Shown: positions 1 through 5,928 of the stretch, piece by piece
Position numbering within the stretch: position 1 is the first letter of the stretch
How the letters are laid out: each line of letters starts with the position of its first letter
Source of the DNA: a virus
Virus record (IMG/VR): IMGVR_UViG_3300044857_000116
Direction: 5' to 3' (one strand)
DNA length: 18,984 nt
Program-made: the position numbers and the translations under genes
The notes under the pieces: model-generated
Databases searched by the model: none
Told to the model about the DNA's origin: nothing
Seen by the model: the letters and a program-made list of their open reading frames with translations, nothing else

Positions 1-173
1 AAGGATAGAGAAGTGTGTGTGTGTGTTGTCTTTCCCCGTCTGTGTTTGTTATTCCTTTGTGTGTCAGTTTTTTTTCGCGTGTGTCGCCTTATTTTTTTTT
101 TGTTTGGTGTTTTGGTGTGTTGTGTGGTATGATTGTGTTGTTGGTTCGGAGTGGTTAATGTTAGGAGATTGAT
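1..173. repeat. Left inverted terminal repeat (ITR), presumed protein-primed replication origin
   Basis: In my hand alignment the reverse complement of 18813-18984 matches 1-173 base for base, except one homopolymer indel (T10 at 92-101 versus A9 on the right). It starts 5'-AAGGATAG and contains (GT)7 at 13-26, T8 at 68-75 and tandem TTTGGTGT x2 at 103-118. Confidence 0.95.
104..133 (+). promoter_or_regulatory. Candidate early promoter inside the left ITR (TTGGTG, 18-nt spacer, TGgTATGAT extended -10)
   Basis: TTGGTG lies at 104-109, TG at 125-126 and TATGAT at 128-133. It points inward, about 40 nt upstream of the first ATG (174). This is a motif reading only. Confidence 0.45.
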
Positions 174-344
174 ATGTTGAGTGAGCAAACGATTCGTGAT
201 TATGCTGAGGAATATATTGAGAATTCGGGTCAGTCTGTTGATGATTTTGATTTGGATGCTGTTATTTCTGTTCTTGATTTTCAAGCTAATACTGTTTTGG
301 GGGTGGATGATATGGATAGTTTTCCTAATCAGGTTTTTTGTTGA
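174..344 (+). CDS. Hypothetical early protein, 56 aa, strongly acidic (DNA-mimic candidate)
   Basis: Hand-translated and absent from the ORF track because it is under 60 aa: MLSEQTIRDYAEEYIENSGQSVDDFDLDAVISVLDFQANTVLGVDDMDSFPNQVFC, stop TGA at 342-344. AGGAG (163-167) sits 6 nt upstream of the ATG. It has 13 D/E against 1 R. It reads as a more plausible protein than the overlapping 181..369 ORF. Confidence 0.6.
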   Translation: MLSEQTIRDYAEEYIENSGQSVDDFDLDAVISVLDFQANTVLGVDDMDSFPNQVFC

Positions 345-371
345 TGCTTTTTGGGGTAATATGAGGTGATT

Positions 372-400
372 TTGGTTTTTTTGAGTCGTTGTGATATGAT
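372..400 (+). promoter_or_regulatory. Candidate early promoter (TTGGTT, 17-nt spacer, TGaTATGAT)
   Basis: It has the same architecture as the ITR promoter candidate: TTGGTT at 372-377, TG at 392-393, TATGAT at 395-400. It lies in the gap upstream of the 442 gene. Confidence 0.45.
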
Positions 401-441
401 GATTCTGTTGGTTGATATTGTAGATAGGTTAGGAGTTAACT

Positions 442-648
442 ATGAAGAGTAAGTTTATGATCGTTGCTGGTGACAAGGTTGTTTACACTTGTAACTGTGA
501 TTTTGTTTTCTATCAAGAGGGCTATGAGTGTGTGTATTTCTTGAATAAGAGTATTGACGAAAAGGGTTCTGTTTTTTCTATCGCTGAGTATTCCGTGAGT
601 GATTTGAATGATTTTGTTATTGTTAAGGAGTTGGGTTCAGTTGCGTAA
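442..648 (+). CDS. Hypothetical early protein, 68 aa
   Basis: ORF-track entry with an ATG 6 nt downstream of AGGAG (431-435). I recognise no family. Confidence 0.65.
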   Translation: MKSKFMIVAGDKVVYTCNCDFVFYQEGYECVYFLNKSIDEKGSVFSIAEYSVSDLNDFVIVKELGSVA

Positions 649-853
649 TCGTGTGAAGATGTTGTGTATATTCTTGTCGGGCGTGTTGTTGTTGGGGATG
701 TCTGCTTGTGGCACTGTTGATTCTAGTGGCAATCTTGAGTCTTATGAGGTGCACTTGCCGGATGGTCGTTATGTGTATTGTGTTCGGGATAGGGGCTTGT
801 CTGATCGTGGCGCTGTGTCTTGTAATTGGCGTGGTACGTTTTCTAAGGATTGA
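641..853 (+). CDS. Putative small secreted lipoprotein (about 70 aa precursor)
   Basis: This is the frame of track ORF 608..853. TTG at 641 is 10 nt downstream of AAGGAG (625-630) and gives MRNRVKMLCIFLSGVLLLGMSAC-GTVDSS..., that is a basic n-region, a hydrophobic core and a lipobox-like MSAC. Alternative starts are GTG 653 and ATG 659. The mature part is about 48 aa with two further Cys. Confidence 0.5.
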   Translation: MRNRVKMLCIFLSGVLLLGMSACGTVDSSGNLESYEVHLPDGRYVYCVRDRGLSDRGAVSCNWRGTFSKD

Positions 854-887
854 TGGTTATGAAAGTTTGCGTTTAGGATTATTCCAT

Positions 888-916
888 TTCAAAGTGCTGT
901 GATATTGTGTTATATT
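888..916 (+). promoter_or_regulatory. Candidate promoter (TTCAAA, 17-nt spacer, TGtTATATT)
   Basis: TTCAAA lies at 888-893, TG at 908-909 and TATATT at 911-916, in the 146-nt gap before the 1000 gene. Confidence 0.4.
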
Positions 917-999
917 TGCATGGGTAAACAGATTAGTGAAGCTGTTCCGCGTTGTGATGTTTTCCCGCGTATTGTTGAGATAGTGGAGGGTAAGTAATC

Positions 1000-1392
1000 A
1001 TGCTTATTAAAGAATTTGAGTCTAAGTCTATGCGCGTTAGGCTGTTTGGTGATACGCGATTTGTTGAAGCGGGGTCGGCTAAGCAAGTCCCTTATTTTGT
1101 TGTTAATGTTACTGACTTGGATTATGTCAAGTATACGTCTGATAGATTTGACGATTTAGATAATGCGTTTATACGATTCAAGGACGAGGTAAGTATTCTG
1201 AAGTATGAGGATAATTTCACATCTTCTAAAAATGTGTATTTTTCTGCACTGGATAATGTTCAGGAAGCTGTGGATGCATGTTTTGTTGATATAATTCGAG
1301 ATGGCAACCATGCAGTGGTTAACACGTCTCTGTTATATAGGGCGATCTCTAAGGCTACTCAAGATGCCATAGATAAGGCGTTCAGCAAATGA
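1000..1392 (+). CDS. Hypothetical early protein, 130 aa
   Basis: ORF-track entry with GGAGG (985-989) 10 nt upstream of the ATG. I recognise no family. Confidence 0.7.
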   Translation: MLIKEFESKSMRVRLFGDTRFVEAGSAKQVPYFVVNVTDLDYVKYTSDRFDDLDNAFIRFKDEVSILKYEDNFTSSKNVYFSALDNVQEAVDACFVDIIRDGNHAVVNTSLLYRAISKATQDAIDKAFSK

Positions 1393-1550
1393 GCATTATT
1401 GGTGAACAGTATTATACCGATCTCGGCGAGAGACGTGCGGAATTGGATAGGCGTAACGATTTTTTGAGTGCCACTCCTGAGGATACTGAGTTGGTTCCTC
1501 CTGAGTTTTTGGAATATTATTTGAAAGGATACAATAATGGAAGAGGGTAG
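1389..1550 (+). CDS. Hypothetical small protein, 53 aa
   Basis: Hand-translated: MSIIGEQYYTDLGERRAELDRRNDFLSATPEDTELVPPEFLEYYLKGYNNGRG, stop TAG at 1548-1550. The ATG overlaps the upstream stop (ATGA), which suggests translational coupling. The SD is weak. Confidence 0.45.
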   Translation: MSIIGEQYYTDLGERRAELDRRNDFLSATPEDTELVPPEFLEYYLKGYNNGRG

Positions 1551-1716
1551 GAAATTGAAAGTATATGAAGTGTGTGTACGGGGTGATGTTGTCAAGGTTA
1601 CCGCTGATAGTTTTTCCATTGACGCGATGAACACATTGACGTTCGGTCGTAATGGCGGTGTTGTGGCAATGTTTTTCGAGGGGAATTATGCCTATCTCAG
1701 AGAAGTGCATGACTGA
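1537..1716 (+). CDS. Hypothetical small protein, 59 aa
   Basis: Hand-translated: MEEGRKLKVYEVCVRGDVVKVTADSFSIDAMNTLTFGRNGGVVAMFFEGNYAYLREVHD, stop TGA at 1714-1716. AAAGGA (1524-1529) is 7 nt upstream of the ATG. Confidence 0.5.
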   Translation: MEEGRKLKVYEVCVRGDVVKVTADSFSIDAMNTLTFGRNGGVVAMFFEGNYAYLREVHD

Positions 1717-1864
1717 CATAGATCGCGGTTTCAAGGCGGGCTTTATGGACTCGGTTGACGGCAATGGCTGGAATAACGAGTCCATGTCCGCCGAATATGC
1801 GCGCGGGTATGCGCAAGGGTTTCAGGCGGGTTCGGAGGCACGGTATGAGCCGATTTTTCAGTAA
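1688..1864 (+). CDS. Hypothetical small protein with repeated G[FY]xxG[FY] motif
   Basis: This is the frame of track ORF 1652..1864. ATG 1688 follows GAGGGG (1676-1681). An alternative start is ATG 1709 (MTDIDRGFKAGF...). The protein contains RGFKAGF and RGYAQGFQAG. Confidence 0.45.
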   Translation: MPISEKCMTDIDRGFKAGFMDSVDGNGWNNESMSAEYARGYAQGFQAGSEARYEPIFQ

Positions 1865-2393
1865 CAATAGTCAGACTAGAAGTTATGCCGAGTTCGTTGG
1901 CTCGCCTAATTGGTTTGATGATGATATTATGAACGATCATCGTATCAAGAGGGCATGCAAGGGGCATAGGCGTGAGCTGAGGTTGCTTGAATGGGACAGG
2001 GGTATCGCGGGGGATTATGAGACGTTTTGTCGTGCTGTGGCTCTCGTGGCGACGTTTTACGACAAGGGCACCAAGGGCGACATGGCGCTGTATAAGACGA
2101 TATGTGCCATATCCTCGCTCTGTCTGTCAATAAACGCCGGCATGACTTGGCGAGACGTTCTGAAAATGCCCATGCCGTTCACTACGCTGTTTGGGACGGT
2201 TAATGTCCCTAGTTTGGTGTCGTGGTGTGCCGTGATGAATGTCAAGGGCGGGGACCGCTATTCGTGTGCCGACGTGGTGTCGGATAATGATACTGCGGTG
2301 AAAATGGTGGGTATCTGCTTCGCTAGTTTTGACAAGCTCAGCGAAATGCGATACACTACTGATGAAGTCAATATTGGAGTAATGAAAGGTTGA
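1845..2393 (+). CDS. Hypothetical protein, 182 aa
   Basis: This is the frame of track ORF 1755..2393. ATG 1845 (MSRFFSNN...) is preceded by GGAGG about 5 nt upstream. I recognise no family. Confidence 0.65.
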   Translation: MSRFFSNNSQTRSYAEFVGSPNWFDDDIMNDHRIKRACKGHRRELRLLEWDRGIAGDYETFCRAVALVATFYDKGTKGDMALYKTICAISSLCLSINAGMTWRDVLKMPMPFTTLFGTVNVPSLVSWCAVMNVKGGDRYSCADVVSDNDTAVKMVGICFASFDKLSEMRYTTDEVNIGVMKG

Positions 2394-2396
2394 ATC

Positions 2397-2681
2397 ATGG
2401 TTAAGAGAACTAAGCGCTATGCCGTTGTCGAGGGTATTCATAAGGGCAAGGATGGCAAGCCGGAGAGTTTCAGCGCCGAGGTGGACATCTCGTCTCGAGA
2501 TGAAAAGACTGTTGCCCGTGTGGCTCGCAAGCAGTTGAAGCAGGATGTTATTCTCACGTCCATTGCGTTTTACGAACTGGTTGCTGAAATGGACAATGAG
2601 ACGTTTTTCAAGAATGCGACGTTCGGGGAGCCGACGCTTGTCGATCCTGACGGAGAAGATTCCGATGAAGATTTGCAGTAA
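2397..2681 (+). CDS. Hypothetical protein, 94 aa, basic N-terminus and acidic tail; possible p6-like dsDNA-binding protein
   Basis: ORF-track entry. The N-terminus is MVKRTKRY and the C-terminus is DPDGEDSDEDLQ. Its size, its position just upstream of the SSB/TP/pol genes and the segment FYELVAEMDNETFFKNATF loosely resemble my recollection of phi29 p6 (..VYELPVEKFLEVATV.. followed by an acidic tail). Confidence 0.7.
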   Translation: MVKRTKRYAVVEGIHKGKDGKPESFSAEVDISSRDEKTVARVARKQLKQDVILTSIAFYELVAEMDNETFFKNATFGEPTLVDPDGEDSDEDLQ

Positions 2682-2701
2682 TGCGAATTATCATGTACAA
2701 T
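2673..2701 (+). promoter_or_regulatory. Candidate sigma70-type promoter (TTGCAG, 17-nt spacer, TACAAT)
   Basis: TTGCAG lies at 2673-2678 and TACAAT at 2696-2701, with TG immediately 5' of the -10. It is upstream of the 2742 gene. Confidence 0.45.
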
Positions 2702-2741
2702 CAATTTTGCAGTAAACAACAACAGTAAGGATAGTGGTACA

Positions 2742-3191
2742 ATGGCAGGTAACGAAATTCAGTCAGTGAACGCGGAAACGGGCGAGATTCTCGACGAGCG
2801 CGAGCAGGTCGGCACACATCAGACGATCAGCACGATTCATCCGAAGACGTTTGACGAGCGAGCCAAGGCATATAATGCGCTGAGCAATGCCGCTTCGTTG
2901 GACGATATGGGCGATAAGGTCATTACGATCACGGGCATCATGCAACGGCCCGGAGTCGCCAAGGATCCTCAGTCGGGTGTTGAGCGTGATTGTCTTGATA
3001 CCACGTTGGTCGGCAAGGATGGGGAGGGGTATTTCTCCAAGTCGGGTGGTATCGCCAAGTCCGCTCAGCTGATCGTGGCCATGTTCGGAGGTAATTCCGA
3101 TCACTGGGAGAAGCCCATTAATGTACAGGTTGTAAAAACTATTCTGCCGAACAAGCAGACACTCAAGACCTTGAAGATCGTGATCAAGTAG
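2742..3191 (+). CDS. Putative single-stranded DNA-binding protein (phage SSB-like)
   Basis: ORF-track entry, 149 aa. The call rests on its position in the replication module and on the pattern ..AYNALSNA..LDDMGDKVITITGIM......DP.SG......TTLVGKDGEGYFSKSGGIAKS...IVAMFG.., which resembles small phage SSB families as I remember them. No search was done. Confidence 0.45.
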   Translation: MAGNEIQSVNAETGEILDEREQVGTHQTISTIHPKTFDERAKAYNALSNAASLDDMGDKVITITGIMQRPGVAKDPQSGVERDCLDTTLVGKDGEGYFSKSGGIAKSAQLIVAMFGGNSDHWEKPINVQVVKTILPNKQTLKTLKIVIK

Positions 3192-3199
3192 TGTATAGT
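3171..3199 (+). promoter_or_regulatory. Candidate promoter (TTGAAG, 17-nt spacer, TATAGT) overlapping the end of the SSB-like gene
   Basis: TTGAAG lies at 3171-3176 and TATAGT at 3194-3199, preceded directly by TG. Confidence 0.4.
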
Positions 3200-3204
3200 A
3201 TGCG

Positions 3205-3234
3205 GTAGGCATGGATTAGCGTGTCCATGTCTAC
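3205..3234 (+). promoter_or_regulatory. Leader hairpin (11 bp with one G-U pair, 8-nt loop)
   Basis: GTAGGCATGGA (3205-3215) pairs with TCCATGTCTAC (3224-3234). No T-tract follows. Confidence 0.4.
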
Positions 3235-3246
3235 CACTATCAACCA

Positions 3247-3285
3247 AAGGCCCCTGCCTCCTAGCGCGGGGGCCTTGTTGTTTGT
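3247..3285 (+). terminator. Rho-independent terminator candidate
   Basis: AAGGCCCC (3247-3254) pairs with GGGGCCTT (3269-3276), followed by GTTGTTTGT. Confidence 0.65.
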
Positions 3286-3300
3286 CAGGCGGGGGCGGGT

Positions 3301-4302
3301 GTGGCTAAGAACTTTACCGAGAATTTCATCAAGGGCCTAAGTCCTGAAAAAATAGCGAGAATGCCGAAGTCCGATCTTAAGGAATTGGCAAAAGCCGTGT
3401 CGAAGATGACGGAAACGGTCATCAATTCCGCCATCAAGAACATGGGGAACACGACATACACGGAAGCACCCGTAATCAAACTCACGCCAAAAGAGCGCAT
3501 GTACGCTTCTCGAAAAAGCATTCCCGAGTCTGCCATAACAGTGCCATACGTGCATAGTCAAAAAGGTTTGAGACAGCAGAAGCGTCGCATAGACGCGGCC
3601 AAGGCGAAACAACGCCGTATCGCCAATTATGCTCAGGAGAATGCGAGCAAGCCGAGCGTACGACAGCAACGCTTGAATGAGATGAAAGGCTATACGTCCG
3701 CTAGTGGGGACGTGAGTTCACGTAGATACGGCATTCCCGCCTTGACGAACGCCATGTCTCAGAGAAACGTTCTTTCCGACCCCAAGATCGTCGCCAAGCT
3801 CCCCAAGGCCACGCTTGTCAATGAGATCAGTGACAGGATATCGGATGTCAAGGATATTTCGCCCAGAAAAAGGACGAACAACAAGCCCAAGAATCGTGGC
3901 AAGACCAAAAGCAAGGCACAACGACAGCGCCGACCGATGAGTGAAGAGTCGAGGGCGCGAAACTCGATGAAAGCGCATGGCGGCAAGCAATGGAACAGTC
4001 CTGTCCATGCAACCAAGAGAAAACCATCCTCGCCCATGTTCACAAATAACAGCGACATCAGCTATCGCAAGCTGGTATCCAAGAGCATACGCGAAGTGTT
4101 CGGGAAAGAGTATGCCAGAAAGTTCGATAAGATCAGCGCCCGTAAACAATTCAAGTTATTGAACAATACCGGCTTTCAGAAATTCATCGCACAACACGCG
4201 ATGTATGATTCGTATGAACGTAAGGCGGTGAAGTGGGAGTCGCCCGACGAGCGTGGGACATGGGGGAAGATAGAACAGCGCTATAATGATTACATCGAAT
4301 AG
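3301..4302 (+). CDS. Putative terminal protein (replication primer)
   Basis: 333-aa ORF with a GTG start after a G-rich tract, lying 13 nt upstream of the protein-primed polymerase gene, which is the conserved TP position. It is very basic (KRRIDAAKAKQRRI, KRTNNKPKNRGKTKSKAQRQRRP). I see no sequence similarity to phi29 TP, so the call is positional. Confidence 0.55.
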   Translation: MAKNFTENFIKGLSPEKIARMPKSDLKELAKAVSKMTETVINSAIKNMGNTTYTEAPVIKLTPKERMYASRKSIPESAITVPYVHSQKGLRQQKRRIDAAKAKQRRIANYAQENASKPSVRQQRLNEMKGYTSASGDVSSRRYGIPALTNAMSQRNVLSDPKIVAKLPKATLVNEISDRISDVKDISPRKRTNNKPKNRGKTKSKAQRQRRPMSEESRARNSMKAHGGKQWNSPVHATKRKPSSPMFTNNSDISYRKLVSKSIREVFGKEYARKFDKISARKQFKLLNNTGFQKFIAQHAMYDSYERKAVKWESPDERGTWGKIEQRYNDYIE

Positions 4303-4315
4303 CTAGGGGCCTACA

Positions 4316-5773
4316 TTGATAGTGGTGGCATATGATGGCGGTGATACGATGATCGTCAACGGCAACGCTGTACCGTATTCATTCAAGCGCATGGAATACC
4401 TATCGCTGGATGATGATGTGATAGTGTGGAATGACGGCATTGGTACGGCTATGGGCATGTTCAAGGATACCGTGAAAAACGGGTATCGTGAAGCGGATCG
4501 CGGGGAACGTTCATATTCGATACTGGTGTCCATGCAACGCATATTCTATATGTTGAAACTCAGGCCGATGCCGCGACGGTCGATAACGATACAGTCCGTG
4601 GTCAATATCGTATCGACGGCGAAACCGCGAGAGATCATGGAGACGTTCGGTGGCGGATCGCGTCTCAAAAGCGTGTGGCGTATGGCGGCGGAGTTCGAGC
4701 GTCTCGGTATTCGCGGCGTGACGGCGGGCGCTAGTGCCATATCCATAATTCGCAGGAACATGGGGTATGGAGAGTTCGCCAAGAATTTTCCGTGGGATGA
4801 GGCGTGGCTGTCGGATGTGCGCATGGCGTATCGTGGTGGTATCGTGTGGACTGACGGCACGAACGAGCGGGAGTACGGCGAGGGCGTATCATACGACAAC
4901 AATTCTCTGTATCCGTACTGTCTGACTCACTATCCCATGCCGTACGGCACGCCCGTGCATTATGAGGGTGAATATGAGCATGATGACGGTATGCCGTACC
5001 ATGTCGAGCGCATAACATTCAGGGCCGATCTAAAGGACGGGGGTATTCCGTTTCTTAGTGGCATGTTGTTTCCGTGGTTGCAGGAGGGCGATTACGTTAC
5101 CTCGACCAAAGGTTTCGTGACCATGTGGCTTACCGACATTGACATCATCAGTCTCACGGAGAACTATGACGTGTATATTTTGGAGCATGTCGAGGGATAT
5201 AAATTCGCGGCCAAGATGGGCATGTTTTCCCAGTATGTGTCGCATTGGGCGACGTTGAAAGCGTCCTCGCATGACGCGGAGCGCAAGGTGGCGAAGCTCA
5301 TGATAAACGCTCCGATAGGCAAATTCGGGGCGGTGCCGAGAGACAATAGACTCGATCCGAGTCTTGACGAGGACGGCGAGATACAATGGAATGTCAGGAG
5401 AAACGAACGGCGCAATCCCCTATGCTATCCGCCCGTGGCCATGTGGACGACGGCGTTGGCGCGATCCGTGCTGCTCAAAGCAATGCGAGACAATCGAGAC
5501 AGGCTGATATACGCCGACACTGACTCAGTGGTGCTGATCGGCAAGGAACCTCCCAATGGTATTACCGTGCACCCGACCAAACTCGGTTGCTGGAAGATCG
5601 AGCGTGAATTTACTTCCGCGAGAATTCTCGGATTGAGGAAATATGAGATGCAGACACCGGATGGCGTGCACATGTGTCTGTCGGGTGTTTCACGTGAAAC
5701 ACCGATACCATACGACATGTTTCACAAGGGCGTTCGTCACAACGACGACCGTGGCAATGAGTTTGTGCTATAG
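4316..5773 (+). CDS. Protein-primed family-B DNA polymerase (phi29 gp2-like)
   Basis: Motifs found: AYRGGIVW, SYDNNSLYP (motif A), KLMINAPIGKFG (motif B), LIYADTDS (motif C), LRKYE (KxY). It is colinear with my recollection of phi29 pol (AYRGGFTW..GEGMVFDVNSLYP..KLMLNSLYGKFA..YCDTDS). The start TTG 4316 is uncertain; GTG 4322 or 4325 are possible. Confidence 0.95.
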   Translation: MIVVAYDGGDTMIVNGNAVPYSFKRMEYLSLDDDVIVWNDGIGTAMGMFKDTVKNGYREADRGERSYSILVSMQRIFYMLKLRPMPRRSITIQSVVNIVSTAKPREIMETFGGGSRLKSVWRMAAEFERLGIRGVTAGASAISIIRRNMGYGEFAKNFPWDEAWLSDVRMAYRGGIVWTDGTNEREYGEGVSYDNNSLYPYCLTHYPMPYGTPVHYEGEYEHDDGMPYHVERITFRADLKDGGIPFLSGMLFPWLQEGDYVTSTKGFVTMWLTDIDIISLTENYDVYILEHVEGYKFAAKMGMFSQYVSHWATLKASSHDAERKVAKLMINAPIGKFGAVPRDNRLDPSLDEDGEIQWNVRRNERRNPLCYPPVAMWTTALARSVLLKAMRDNRDRLIYADTDSVVLIGKEPPNGITVHPTKLGCWKIEREFTSARILGLRKYEMQTPDGVHMCLSGVSRETPIPYDMFHKGVRHNDDRGNEFVL

Positions 5774-5900
5774 TTTACCGTGAGCATGGAACTTTCCGAG
5801 ATATGGTCTGCCGGTCACACGTATTAGGTTACGCGGCAGTCCCTTGGCAGTGTGTGTGTATGTTTCGGTCAGTATCCCCAAGTGCTCGCATACAGTAACG

Positions 5901-5928
5901 GTGACGCGCTCCGAGAGGGGCGCGTTAC
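5901..5928 (+). promoter_or_regulatory. Stable hairpin just upstream of the scaffold gene RBS
   Basis: GTGACGCGC (5901-5909) pairs with GCGCGTTAC (5920-5928): 9 bp including one G-U, with a 10-nt loop. No T-tract follows, so it is not an obvious terminator. Confidence 0.4.

Noticed and set aside
13-26. (GT)n tracts at 13-26 and again at about 5850-5858, considered as a dispersed repeat
   Set aside because: These are short simple-sequence runs and the flanks are unrelated. Only the ITR copy is noted, as an origin feature.
181-369. Track ORF of 62 aa (MSKRFVIMLRNILRIRVSLLMILIW...)
   Set aside because: The translation is an extremely hydrophobic low-complexity string typical of an off-frame reading of T-rich DNA. 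It has a GTG start and no SD. The overlapping frame 174-344 has a perfect SD in the ITR and a protein-like sequence.
608-902. Longer 608 start for the lipoprotein ORF, and the alternative-frame ORF 708..902
   Set aside because: ATG 608 has no SD and would add a non-signal-like extension that overlaps the upstream gene by 41 nt. ORF 708..902 is a Cys/Leu/Val-rich off-frame product with no RBS.
920-997. 25-aa ORF (MGKQISEAVPRCDVFPRIVEIVEGK) starting a few nt downstream of the 888-916 promoter candidate, possibly leaderless
   Set aside because: It has no SD and is too short to evaluate. The ATG lies slightly upstream of the expected start site. It is kept only as a note.
2672-2715. 10-bp direct repeat TTTGCAGTAA at 2672-2681 and 2706-2715, flanking the promoter candidate (possible operator)
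   Set aside because: By my estimate, about one such nearby 10-mer repeat is expected by chance in 19 kb. There is no dyad symmetry.
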